Positions 1 to 8,528 of a DNA stretch of 46,017 nt are shown one piece after another. The position numbers and the translations under genes are program-made. Position 1 is the stretch's first letter. Each line of letters opens with the position of its first letter. Source of the DNA: Verrucomicrobiia bacterium (GTDB lineage Bacteria; Chloroflexota; Limnocylindria; Limnocylindrales; CSP1-4); assembly GCA_035577485.1 (NCBI GenBank), contig DATLVO010000333.1:1-46017 (forward strand), in the 5' to 3' direction. The notes beneath the pieces are model-generated. The model did not search any database. It was not told the origin of the DNA and worked only from the letters and a program-made list of their open reading frames with translations.

Positions 1-407
1 TGGTCGAGCAGCGCGAGCGAGTCGATCCCCGGGTCTCCGACGTCGAAGATTTCGACCGAGCGGTAGGGGAGCCGCTTCGCGAGCAGGTCCTCGCGCACCG
101 ACGGGTCGGTGACGACGAGGTCGGCGAACACCGCGAGCCGCTCCTCGCCCTTGAACTGCATCGGCGCCGCGCGGAGGACGCGGAAGAACCCCGCGGCGCG
201 CACCGGCGCCGCTGCCTCCTTCTTGCCGTGGTGGCGAACGTGCAGCGGCGGCAGGTAGCCGTCGCGCTCCGCCTGCGCGGCCTTCGCGACGGCGCCGCGG
301 ATCCAGTCCGCGTCGAACTTCGCGTCGCCCTTCTCGCACTCGAGGAAGATCGGGACGTCGTGGATTGTGAGCGCGCCGCCCGCGTCGCGCGTGGCCCGGT
401 AGTTCAT
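1..407 (-). CDS. Prohead protease/scaffold protein, Mu gpI-like, N-terminal part only (gene runs off the left edge)
   Basis: Absent from the ORF track because there is no stop in the window. ATG at 407 lies 2 nt downstream of the stop of the 410..946 gene. Reads MNYRATRDAGGALTIHDVPIFLECEKGDAKFDADWIRGAV..LPPLHVRHHG..RAAGFFRVL..LPYRSVEIFDVGDPGIDSLALLD. The motif order resembles my recollection of the Mu-like prophage protein I family. The position after the portal and Mu-F genes fits. GC3 is high. Confidence 0.5.
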   Translation of the reverse strand, partial: MNYRATRDAGGALTIHDVPIFLECEKGDAKFDADWIRGAVAKAAQAERDGYLPPLHVRHHGKKEAAAPVRAAGFFRVLRAAPMQFKGEERLAVFADLVVTDPSVREDLLAKRLPYRSVEIFDVGDPGIDSLALLD

Positions 408-409
408 CG

Positions 410-946
410 TCAGTCCCTCTCGACGTGGAGGCGGATCGTCATGCGTGTGTTGGCCGCAGGCGTGAACACGGTGTTCACGCGCACGAGCCCGAACAGGCCG
501 CCGACGGGGCCCGCGCCGAACGAAAACGGCCCGGTGTGCATCTCGCCGAGCGGGCCGACGGTGCGGTAGAGCTCCAGGTTCGACCCGATGTTGATCTTGT
601 TCGCGCTCGGGAAGCGGAACGAGCCGACGAGCTTCGCCTCGTCGTTCGGCGAGCTTAGGGCTAGCGCCGCGTTGTCGGCAAAGCCGCTCGGGTTACCGTC
701 GAACAGCAAGAGGTCGAAGTCCGCGCCGATCGTGTGCGCGTAGACCAGCGAGGCCGTCCAGACCTTCCCGACCATACCCGGGTTGGTAAAAATGATCGTG
801 TCGGCCGAGCCCGTCGACGCGGAGATCACGTCGCCGATGGCGTAGGGAGCGGTGTCGTTCGGGCGGTTGAACGTCGCGAGCAGCACCGCGGGACCGCGAG
901 GCTGGCTCGGGGGTTGCGCGTTCAGTGACAGGTTGATGAAACTCAT
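410..946 (-). CDS. Hypothetical protein in head module (178 aa)
   Basis: Track ORF MSFINLSLNAQPPSQPRG.. with normal composition (G/S/T/N-rich, beta-like). It is tightly packed between neighbouring genes (3-nt and 2-nt gaps). No family recognised. Confidence 0.6.
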   Translation of the reverse strand: MSFINLSLNAQPPSQPRGPAVLLATFNRPNDTAPYAIGDVISASTGSADTIIFTNPGMVGKVWTASLVYAHTIGADFDLLLFDGNPSGFADNAALALSSPNDEAKLVGSFRFPSANKINIGSNLELYRTVGPLGEMHTGPFSFGAGPVGGLFGLVRVNTVFTPAANTRMTIRLHVERD

Positions 947-949
947 GCG

Positions 950-1153
950 TCAGTCCTTTCGCTGGTGCTCCGTCACGATCCGCTCGATGCCCGCCCGGAC
1001 GGCGCGCGTCGGCTCCGCGGTCTCGCCGCGGAGCATCCGGTAGACGGTGCTGTAGTCGGCGGGGATCCGCTGCGCTACCTCGCGCACGCCGCTCTCGGCG
1101 GCTATCCGCCGGAACTCGCGGAACGTCTCCGGCCAGTCGCGGTCCGCGTTCAC
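950..1153 (-). CDS. Small helix-turn-helix protein (67 aa)
   Basis: Track ORF 950..1345 with the Arg-rich N-terminus discarded. GTG at 1153 overlaps the Mu-F gene stop (GTGA). The segment VREVAQRIPADYSTVYRMLRG looks like an HTH. Confidence 0.5.
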   Translation of the reverse strand: MNADRDWPETFREFRRIAAESGVREVAQRIPADYSTVYRMLRGETAEPTRAVRAGIERIVTEHQRKD

Positions 1154-2151
1154 GCGGTCACCGCGAAGAGGTCGGGACGCCCGCCGTGCCGGAAGCCCTC
1201 GTCGGGGCCGGCGTCGCTGGGCACCTTGGTCGGGACCACATTGCCGCGCGCGTCGAGGCGCCCCATCTGGTCGAGCTCGTAGCTCGTGACCATCGAGACC
1301 CGGCAGCGGCAGTTGTAGCCGAGCGGCGGGGCGATCCTGGCCCACTGCGGGTCGTCGACGGACAGGATCACGTCGTCGGCTGCGCGGTGGTTCGGGCGCG
1401 TGTCAGCGTCGTTCACAGAGTCGAAGCGGAACGCCGGCGCGACCTCGCGCACGTCGGGGTCGCGCGCCTGCCGGAAGCGGCCCGCGGTCACCGCGGTGTT
1501 GACCGTCGTCCGGAACACCATCCGCGAGTACGACTCGGCCCACGGCGCGCTGCGCTCGCGGACCGCCTCCACCGAGCGCGAGAGCTCGCGCGCGGCCTCG
1601 TTCTCGCCGAGGCCCTCGCGGAACAGCCGCGCGATGGTGCGGTGCGCCTCCTCGGTGACGGCCTTCTCCGCGGCGCGCGCGAACGCGACGACGCGGCCCG
1701 CGCCGTAGAGCTGCGCGATCTTCTGCGCCGACCTGTCGGCGGCGCGGCGCAGCGTCACCGGCGTCCGACTCACGAGGTCGTCGAGCGCCTCGGTCAGCGT
1801 CACGCGGGGAAAGATCGTCTGCGTCGGCTCGTCGGCGAAGGCCAGGAGCCGGTGCCCCCGCTCCCAGAGCTCGGCGCAGACGACACCCCGCATAAGCAGC
1901 GTCACCGCGGCCTCGCGGTCCGTCAGGCGCCCGCGCTCGCGCGCCGCCGCCTGGAGGGTCAATCGCGCGCCGAGCACCTCCGCCATGCCCATCGTCTCGG
2001 TAACGACGCGGTCGAGCTCGGCGCGCGCGTCGCGGGCGGCCGGGTTGTTCCCGGTCACGACCGCGACGTATAAGTCGTGGACGGCGGCGAAGTGCAGCCG
2101 CGCGTAGCGCCCGGTCAGGTCCTCGAGGAACTTGTCGGGCTGCGGCGTCAC
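1150..2151 (-). CDS. Head morphogenesis protein, Mu F / SPP1 gp7 family
   Basis: 333 aa. The C-terminal signature DADTRPNHRAADDV...PPLGYNCRCRV matches the D-x-x-T-R-x-x-H ... H/Y-x-N-C-R-C motif of the Phage_Mu_F family. The ATG overlaps the portal stop (ATGA). Confidence 0.85.
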   Translation of the reverse strand: MTPQPDKFLEDLTGRYARLHFAAVHDLYVAVVTGNNPAARDARAELDRVVTETMGMAEVLGARLTLQAAARERGRLTDREAAVTLLMRGVVCAELWERGHRLLAFADEPTQTIFPRVTLTEALDDLVSRTPVTLRRAADRSAQKIAQLYGAGRVVAFARAAEKAVTEEAHRTIARLFREGLGENEAARELSRSVEAVRERSAPWAESYSRMVFRTTVNTAVTAGRFRQARDPDVREVAPAFRFDSVNDADTRPNHRAADDVILSVDDPQWARIAPPLGYNCRCRVSMVTSYELDQMGRLDARGNVVPTKVPSDAGPDEGFRHGGRPDLFAVTA

Positions 2152-3488
2152 GGGACCGGCCGCCGGAAGGGGAACACGTTCAGCGGGTCGCCACCGCCCG
2201 CGCCGGGCGCCGCGGCGGCGCGACCCTTGACGACGGGCTCGCCCACCTTCGGCAGGCGGAACCCGGTCTGGTCAAGCACGTCGTCGAGCGCGAGGTCGAC
2301 ACCCATGCCGTTCAGCGTCGACGCGGTGTTCGCGCGCTTCTCGGGATCCTGCTGCTTCTCGTGCGAGGTCTCGAACGTCGGGCGCTCCTGGTCGATCCCG
2401 AGCTCGACGAGGTTCGCGTGGTTGTAGAACCAGACGCAGCCAAGCAGGTCATCCGTCAGGGTCTCGCCGAGCGAGCCGCGGTCGCGCTTGATGATGAGCT
2501 CGGTGCTGTCCTGTTGCACGTCGGCGAGCGCGTAGCTGCCGCCCTTGTCGGCCGACGTCGGTAGGTTCGCGCCGAGGACGAGGGTGAAGATCGTCGCGCG
2601 GATCTCGTCGCGGATCGTTTTCAGGAGTTGCCAGCCCTCGCCGTTCATCTGGATCGTCTCGACCTGGTCCGCCGAGTCGTAGACCAGCACGTGCCGCGCG
2701 CGGAGGTCCTCGAGCACGTTCTGCCACTCGCGGATGAGCTCGACGTTCGGCAGGTTCGTCGCGGCGTCGCGGACGCCCTCGACCCTCGCCGCGATGATGC
2801 CCTGCGCGAATCGCTCGACGGCCTTGAGCGACTCGGAGAACACGTGCTCCTTTGCGTACCACCACCAGCCGAGCGCCTCGCGCAGCGCGCGGCCGTAGCC
2901 GAGGCTGCCCTCGTCGTCCTGGTAGACGTGGCGGATCGTGTGCACCGCGTCGTCGACTGTCTCGACGCGGAACTCCTGCCGCGCGACGTCCCACCGCTCC
3001 CAGTGCGCGGTGATCGTCTTGCCGTCGTTCTTCGGCACGATCCGGAACATGCGCTTGTCCATGTCCTCGAGCCGCACTGGGCACCACCACTGCCGCGGGC
3101 GCCCGTCGCCGAAGTCCCGCGTGCGGACCTCGCCGTGGATGCGAGCGAAGCGCGCGCCGGAGAAGAACGCCCGCGCGAGGTTGTCGCGCGCCTGCGTGAA
3201 GTGCCGGATCGACTTGAGCAGGTCGGTGCCGACCGACACCGCGAGATCGGCGCGCGGCGAGTTCGGGATCAGCGGCGAGCACGACCAGTCAAGCCCGGCG
3301 ACGATCGCGCGCCGGTATCCGATCGCGTGCGCGATGTCGGCGTCGCGGAGCATCTTCTCCTCGGCGTCCGGGTCGCGCAGGAGCCACAGGCTCGGGTCGT
3401 AGAGCTGCACGCCGTTCCGCCACGCCGACGACAGGGCGCGGACGTAGAGCGACTGGCTCTGCTGCTTGACCCGGAGTTCCTGGACCAT
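2148..3488 (-). CDS. Portal protein (Mu gp29 / DUF935-like)
   Basis: 446 aa, immediately upstream of the Mu-F gene as in Mu-type head modules. The size and Trp-rich core (REALGWWWYAKEHVFSESLKAVERFAQGIIAARV) fit my recollection of DUF935 portals. Confidence 0.75.
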   Translation of the reverse strand: MVQELRVKQQSQSLYVRALSSAWRNGVQLYDPSLWLLRDPDAEEKMLRDADIAHAIGYRRAIVAGLDWSCSPLIPNSPRADLAVSVGTDLLKSIRHFTQARDNLARAFFSGARFARIHGEVRTRDFGDGRPRQWWCPVRLEDMDKRMFRIVPKNDGKTITAHWERWDVARQEFRVETVDDAVHTIRHVYQDDEGSLGYGRALREALGWWWYAKEHVFSESLKAVERFAQGIIAARVEGVRDAATNLPNVELIREWQNVLEDLRARHVLVYDSADQVETIQMNGEGWQLLKTIRDEIRATIFTLVLGANLPTSADKGGSYALADVQQDSTELIIKRDRGSLGETLTDDLLGCVWFYNHANLVELGIDQERPTFETSHEKQQDPEKRANTASTLNGMGVDLALDDVLDQTGFRLPKVGEPVVKGRAAAAPGAGGGDPLNVFPFRRPVP

Positions 3489-3514
3489 CGCGAGACGTCT
3501 CCGAGGGGATCAGG

Positions 3515-4024
3515 TCAGGCGGGCGGCGGAGACGCCGGCGACGGCGGGCCGCCGACCAGGCCCTCGACGCCTTCGGGCGTTCCGGCTGCTTCTGCCGCCG
3601 CCGCCGCCGCGGCGGCTGCGCCGGCACGCTCGCGCTCGAACGCCGCCGCTTGCTCGATCTGGTCCTGCCGGGCCTTCTCGACCGCAGCGCGCTTCTCGTC
3701 CTGCCGCTCGCGCTCGGCGCGCCGCGCCTGCGCCTCGGCGTCGAGCTTCGCGAGCTGGCGGTCCTTCTCAGCCTGGACCTCGGCTTCGAGGCGCTCACGC
3801 TCCGCGGCGGTTTCGGCCCGCCTCCGTAGGTCCTGCGGCGTCACGTATCCGCGTCTCTTGCAGTAGTCCGCGAAATCAGGGTCCTCGGCCACCGCGCGTT
3901 CGAGCTCGTCCCGCGGCGGCGCGAACAGCTCGCCGCTCCGGATCATCGCGTCGCGAGCGCGCGCCTCGTCGTCGGTCCTTGGCTTCGGGTCGTCGGGATG
4001 CTCGAAGTGGCGCGGCCTGCTCAT
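3515..4024 (-). CDS. Coiled-coil protein (169 aa), function unknown
   Basis: Track ORF with a charged E/R/A/K/Q heptad-like middle and an Ala/Pro tail. There is no SD; a TAGCGT box lies 9 nt upstream of the ATG. Confidence 0.5.
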   Translation of the reverse strand: MSRPRHFEHPDDPKPRTDDEARARDAMIRSGELFAPPRDELERAVAEDPDFADYCKRRGYVTPQDLRRRAETAAERERLEAEVQAEKDRQLAKLDAEAQARRAERERQDEKRAAVEKARQDQIEQAAAFERERAGAAAAAAAAAEAAGTPEGVEGLVGGPPSPASPPPA

Positions 4025-4033
4025 GGACGCGGA

Positions 4034-4039
4034 ACGCTA
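4034..4039 (-). promoter_or_regulatory. Candidate -10-like box TAGCGT (TGGTAGCGT) 9 nt upstream of the SD-less ATG at 4024
   Basis: The coding strand reads GCGCGTGGTAGCGTTCCGCGTCCATG. It has a TAnnnT skeleton with a TGn extension, and no purine-rich SD lies between the box and the ATG. Confidence 0.35.
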
Positions 4040-4059
4040 CCACGCGCCCCGGGCGCCCG

Positions 4060-6066
4060 CTACTCCACCGACGCCGGCGCCAGCGCGAGGGCGAGCCGGC
4101 GGCCGTCCTCAAGGCTGGAATCCGGGGTCTCGTGCAGGTTGTCGCTCGCATTGCGCTCCAGGTCGTCGACATTGACGGCGACAAAGTCGGGGTCGGCGCC
4201 GGCGAGGGTGCGCACCGCGGCGCGGATCGCGACCGACTCCGCGGCGATCGACGTCGAGGTCCCGAGCTGCGGCACGCGCCACGCGATCCGGAGTCGCGGC
4301 CCGCTGGTGCGCGTCGAGAAGTCGGAGCGCAGGTCGGCGACGAACTGCGGCAGCGACGCGGAGAACACCGCGGCGCCGCCGTTGATGATCTGGTCGTTCG
4401 ACCCCAGGATCACCGCGATGCCCCGCAGGTCCGCTTGCTTGTGGAGCGTCTGGTTGATGATGTTCATCGCGGCGCGGATGTCGTTCACGAGCTCGGGGTA
4501 GTGCTCGTTGTATGCCTTGTCCCACCGGCCGCCGCTGGCGCCGCCGCCGCTGTAAGCCGAGACGTTCGCCGCGAGCGTCGACCCGTTCGACCCGCGCTTG
4601 ACGACGACGCAACCCGTCGTCGGGTGCCGGTTCATCAACTCTACGATCATCGAACACTCGGGCCCCGCGTTCGCGTTCACCGTGCCCGACGTGTTGCTGT
4701 TATCGTTCGCGTCGTAGGTCTCGACCGCGCCGTTCAGACGGTTGTAGACCTTCTGCCGCGAATCGCGCGGGCCGGTTGGCATCGTCGGCGAGTTGAGCGC
4801 AGTCAGGAACGGCTCGCTGATGGGGCCAACGCTGATGCTGTCGCCGATCAGCACGTAGACCGGCATCGCGCCGTCGAAGTTCGGCGGGTTGCCGAGTAGC
4901 AAGAGCTCGAAGCCCTGCCGCACGATGCGCGGGTAGTCGGTCCAGTAGGCCGAGGGCTCGTAGGCGTTCTTGTTGGCACTCGGCACGTAGGGCGCCGGCA
5001 GGCGGAAGGGCAGACCCTCAAGGGAGAACGTGCGGACGTTCGTGCCGGCCGCGGCGACCGCACGGTGGATGCGGTTCGCATTGAGGGTGCCGGTCGGCGT
5101 CGTGACGTTGTTGATCTCGTTCGCGTGGTTGGCGATCAGGACCTTCATGCTCGCGTTGTTGAGCGCCGCGGCGCTGCGGAACCACGCGATCGTCTGCGTT
5201 AGCGCCGTCTGGTAGCTCAGGAAGTGGAGCGGGTTCGTCGCCCAGTCGACGACGTCGGCCTGACTCATGTCGAGCACGAGCAGGTCCCAGAACAGCGTGT
5301 TGCCGTTGCCCAGCGCCGCCCACGCCGCGTTGATGCGCCCGAGCACGTCCTGGAACGGGGCGCGCGCGATGCCCGTGCCGTCCTCGTAGGCTTGCGTCGT
5401 CGGGCGCGGGTCGCCCCACTTCGCCAACTGGAAGTAGGGCGCGCTCACGTAGACGTGTTCGAGGAGCTCGCGGATCAGGCCGGCGTCGGGACCGACACCC
5501 TGGCCTAGGACCTGCCACGTCGAGCCGCCGCGCATGCTGACGACGCTCCCGAGCTCGGTCGAGACGAGCGCGCCAGCGAGCGCGTGGTAGTCGCTGAAAC
5601 GGCCGTCGGAGACGAAGCACCCGTTCGCCGAGGTGGCGACCGGCGACGACGACGCGAGCGTCAGCGTGTCGGCGGTGTTACTCACGATGTTGACGCGGAA
5701 CAGGAAGCCGAGGCCGGTCGAGTTGACGACCGAGACCGTCCACGTGCGCGTCGCCGTCGGCGCGAACTGGTTCAGCGCCCAGCCCGGCGACGGCGTGACG
5801 CGGACGTGCGTCGCGTCGGTGCCGGTGTTCGAGATCGCGAACAACTGCGCGCCGCGGAGTCCGTCGAACCACGGATACCAGTTGATGATCCCCGCCGTCG
5901 GCGCGCCCGTGACGAGGTTGTCGGGCACCACGCGCATCGGCTTGTCGGGGAAGTTCTGGACGACGTCGCCGGCGCCGAAGGCCGACAACCCCGAGTTCAC
6001 GGTCGGCGACGGTCCGCCGTGGACCTGGAAGTCGCCGATGATCATCACGCCCGGGACCGCGGCCAC
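4060..6066 (-). CDS. Tandem SASA/SGNH-type carbohydrate esterase-like protein (668 aa)
   Basis: The C-terminal half carries the SGNH blocks: VYVLIGDSISVG (GDS), VVVKRGSNGSTL (G block), IAVILGSNDQ (GxND) and DNLHETPDS (DxxH). The N-terminal half repeats the layout, but the nucleophile position is degenerate (VMIIGDFQVHGG) and a ~100-aa insert is present. No signal peptide. Confidence 0.65.
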   Translation of the reverse strand: MAAVPGVMIIGDFQVHGGPSPTVNSGLSAFGAGDVVQNFPDKPMRVVPDNLVTGAPTAGIINWYPWFDGLRGAQLFAISNTGTDATHVRVTPSPGWALNQFAPTATRTWTVSVVNSTGLGFLFRVNIVSNTADTLTLASSSPVATSANGCFVSDGRFSDYHALAGALVSTELGSVVSMRGGSTWQVLGQGVGPDAGLIRELLEHVYVSAPYFQLAKWGDPRPTTQAYEDGTGIARAPFQDVLGRINAAWAALGNGNTLFWDLLVLDMSQADVVDWATNPLHFLSYQTALTQTIAWFRSAAALNNASMKVLIANHANEINNVTTPTGTLNANRIHRAVAAAGTNVRTFSLEGLPFRLPAPYVPSANKNAYEPSAYWTDYPRIVRQGFELLLLGNPPNFDGAMPVYVLIGDSISVGPISEPFLTALNSPTMPTGPRDSRQKVYNRLNGAVETYDANDNSNTSGTVNANAGPECSMIVELMNRHPTTGCVVVKRGSNGSTLAANVSAYSGGGASGGRWDKAYNEHYPELVNDIRAAMNIINQTLHKQADLRGIAVILGSNDQIINGGAAVFSASLPQFVADLRSDFSTRTSGPRLRIAWRVPQLGTSTSIAAESVAIRAAVRTLAGADPDFVAVNVDDLERNASDNLHETPDSSLEDGRRLALALAPASVE

Positions 6067-6069
6067 GGG

Positions 6070-8034
6070 TCAGCGCCTCGTCCCGAGCGGGAGGAACCAG
6101 TCGTTGAGCGGCACGGGCTGGTTCGGCGTCGGCGGGAGCGCGCGAGCCTGCGCGATGATCGCGAGCGCGCGCGCGTTCTTCGGGTCCGCGCGCAGCACGC
6201 CCCACGCGCCGGCGAGGCCCCAGTTGCCGTCGAAGAATCCGCTGCGGTGCGCGCCCTGCCCCTCGACGAACTGGTCCGGGCGGAGCGGGGCGCCGTCCGG
6301 GTTGAAGCCGACGCCGTCCCAGAGCACGAGCCGCGAGCCCGACGGCGACCAGCCGCAGTCGACGCACGCGCGCGCCATGCGGCGCCCGATCTCGACAGCC
6401 TGCGCGCCGTCGTCAGCGCCGAGGAGCTCGCCGACGACCTGCCACGAGGCGCCGGGCATGTTCTGCTGGTACTGCATCGACGCCTGCGCGAACCCCCCGC
6501 CGATCGGTCCGGGGATGCTGCCGGCGGGCCGCACGTCGAACCACGCGGCGGGCTGCGGGACCCACGACCAGCGCGGAGCGAGCAGCGCGACGCGGTCGAC
6601 GATCCGCCGGCGGACCTGCTCGGCGAGCTCGCGGTCGGGGCAGAGCTGCCAGCACCACGCGCCGACGGACATCCAGAATCCCCACGCGCGGCTCGCGTCG
6701 GTCAGCGACGTCGTCGCGAAGCGCGGGTCGACGGTCTCCGTCAACATAAACAGCCGCGCCTCGTGCTCGACCTCCCATCCGAGCGCCGGGCTCGCGGTCC
6801 ACTGGTACGCCTGCGCGACGGTGCCGATCAGCCAGTGCTCGCTGTCCGGGCCCTCCCACCCGTGACCCTCCTCGAGCGTCGGTCGTCGAGTCTTGCCGAG
6901 GTAATCCGTGACGCCGCCGTCCGCGAAGTTCGGCCGCGCGACCCAGAGCGAGCAGCCAGGGTGCAGCGCGAGCCGGAGCGGAGATCCGTCCTTCTCGAGG
7001 TGGTGGCACGGGCGCGAGAGCTGCCGCAGCGCGGCGTAGTAGCGCACCAGGTACGGGCCGGTCGCGGGCGAGAGGTACTCCTCGGTGCCCTTGTTGAGGC
7101 CGGGCCAGTCCTCGTGATCGCCGGTGTCGCCGGCGCGCTTCGGCACGCCGACGGACCCGCCGCGGCTGTCGCGAAGGATCTCCCAGCCCTGCAGCGCGGC
7201 GCGCGCCAGCGGCAGCCGCTCGTGGCCCCACGCCACCGGGTCGAACCCCGCGGGTGCCGTGCCGGGCGCGCCGAGCAGGCCGGGCCGCTGGATGCCGCAG
7301 ACCGCGATCGCCGCGGCCGACTCGCCGAGCGCGGAGTGCGCCGCGTCGATCGTGCCGCCGACGCCCGAGACGAACCGCCACGCGCGAGCCTGCCCGTCGC
7401 AGAACCAGTCGCCGCCGGGGACGAGCACTGTCGGCACGGCCAGCTGGTAGCCGTCGACGCACGCGATCCCCGTCGACCACGCGAACGTGAGGCCCGACGC
7501 CGGCACCGCCGCGGTGATGTCCGGGACCGAAGGGTCGCTCGCCGTGACGACGAGCTCGCCCGGGAACCACCCCTGCCCGGGGTAGGCCGTAGCCCACGCG
7601 TCGGCGCAGAACATCGGCGCGCTCGGCCACGGCCGTCCGCGCCAGTGGAACGCGGTCCCGGCCCCGTCAACCTCGGCCGAGAGCAGCGGCAGCTTCAACC
7701 CGCCGACGACCGGCGCGCCCGCCTCCTCGGGCGTGACCTTCTGCGGCCCGTCGACCGGCGAGCTCGCGCCCAGGTCGTACTTCGCGGACTGGCCCGGCCC
7801 GAGCTTGACGCGGACGTCGAGCGCGTAGCCCATGAGCCCGACCGGGCGGCCGACCGCGTACTCGACGGACTTGTCGGAGGTCACGCCGCGCAGGTGCGGC
7901 GGCAGCGAGTCGACGGTGGTCCGGTGCCACCCGCCGAACGCCGCCGTCCCGTAGTTGCAGGCGCGGACTACCTGGGCCGCGGCGGCAGAGCAGAGGGCGA
8001 GCAGGACGAGGACCGCGCGAGACGCTCCCGACAT
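6070..8034 (-). CDS. Secreted protein with cleavable Sec-type signal peptide (654 aa), function unknown
   Basis: Track ORF 6070..8256 trimmed to the ATG at 8034 (residue 75). The discarded extension is pure Arg/Ala/Pro. The retained N-terminus MSGASRAVLVLLALCSAAAAQVV has an n-h-c signal-peptide shape. The protein is Trp/Gly-rich and Cys-containing. The stop lies 3 nt before the esterase ATG. Confidence 0.65.
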   Translation of the reverse strand: MSGASRAVLVLLALCSAAAAQVVRACNYGTAAFGGWHRTTVDSLPPHLRGVTSDKSVEYAVGRPVGLMGYALDVRVKLGPGQSAKYDLGASSPVDGPQKVTPEEAGAPVVGGLKLPLLSAEVDGAGTAFHWRGRPWPSAPMFCADAWATAYPGQGWFPGELVVTASDPSVPDITAAVPASGLTFAWSTGIACVDGYQLAVPTVLVPGGDWFCDGQARAWRFVSGVGGTIDAAHSALGESAAAIAVCGIQRPGLLGAPGTAPAGFDPVAWGHERLPLARAALQGWEILRDSRGGSVGVPKRAGDTGDHEDWPGLNKGTEEYLSPATGPYLVRYYAALRQLSRPCHHLEKDGSPLRLALHPGCSLWVARPNFADGGVTDYLGKTRRPTLEEGHGWEGPDSEHWLIGTVAQAYQWTASPALGWEVEHEARLFMLTETVDPRFATTSLTDASRAWGFWMSVGAWCWQLCPDRELAEQVRRRIVDRVALLAPRWSWVPQPAAWFDVRPAGSIPGPIGGGFAQASMQYQQNMPGASWQVVGELLGADDGAQAVEIGRRMARACVDCGWSPSGSRLVLWDGVGFNPDGAPLRPDQFVEGQGAHRSGFFDGNWGLAGAWGVLRADPKNARALAIIAQARALPPTPNQPVPLNDWFLPLGTRR

Positions 8035-8042
8035 GGGCCGGG

Positions 8043-8048
8043 ATGCTA
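8043..8048 (-). promoter_or_regulatory. Candidate -10-like box TAGCAT 8 nt upstream of the SD-less ATG at 8034
   Basis: The coding strand reads TCGACG-N17-TAGCATCCCGGCCCATG. The box sits in the 17-nt gap after the stop of the 8052..8528 gene. Confidence 0.4.
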
Positions 8049-8051
8049 CGT

Positions 8052-8528
8052 CTACCGCGCGCCGCCGTCGAGCAGCGAGCCGTCGCCGCGGACGAACCGC
8101 AGGCCCGGCGCGTCGCCGGGGACGACCGCCGCGCCGAGGCGCTCGTCGAGCACGGCGCGCGCGAACTCCACCACGCCGGCGCGCCGGCGCGCCGCGAGCG
8201 CGAGCTGCCAGCGCGCGCCGGCGACCAGGCTCGGCAGGCCCTCGAGCGCCATCCACTCGTGCGGCCCGGGGACGCCGGCGCGGTCCACCACGAGCACCTT
8301 GAACTCGCGGTCGACCGTTCGCAGCGGCAGCGCGTCGTAGCTCTCGCTGCTGAACTGCTTGTCGCGGATGAACGCCTCTAGGTGCGAGTGGAACTCGAAC
8401 CGGACGACGACGCGCCGCGCCGACCAGCGCCGCTTGGCGCGCCCCCAGGCGGCGCGCCGGACGGAGCTCATCGGCAGCAGCGCGTCGTACTCGGCGCGCG
8501 TAAACGTCCGCTCGAGGTGGTGCGTCAC
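8052..8528 (-). CDS. Hypothetical protein (158 aa), last gene of six-gene coupled cassette
   Basis: Track ORF 8052..9113 trimmed. GTG at 8528 overlaps the upstream stop (GTGA). Reads VTHHLERTFTRAEYDALLPM.. with normal composition. Confidence 0.55.
   Translation of the reverse strand: MTHHLERTFTRAEYDALLPMSSVRRAAWGRAKRRWSARRVVVRFEFHSHLEAFIRDKQFSSESYDALPLRTVDREFKVLVVDRAGVPGPHEWMALEGLPSLVAGARWQLALAARRRAGVVEFARAVLDERLGAAVVPGDAPGLRFVRGDGSLLDGGAR

Noticed and set aside
3492-3501. Perfect 10-bp palindrome GAGACGTCTC between the coiled-coil gene and the portal ATG
   Set aside because: It is a single short palindrome next to a normal SD (GGAG). By my rough estimate it is within chance expectation across all intergenic DNA, and I saw no second copy.
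5584-8340. 918-aa plus-strand ORF antisense to the esterase and secreted-protein genes
   Set aside because: Its composition is dominated by Arg, Ala, Gly, Pro and Asp, typical of non-coding frames in very GC-rich DNA. The opposite strand encodes proteins with normal composition and recognisable SGNH and signal-peptide features.
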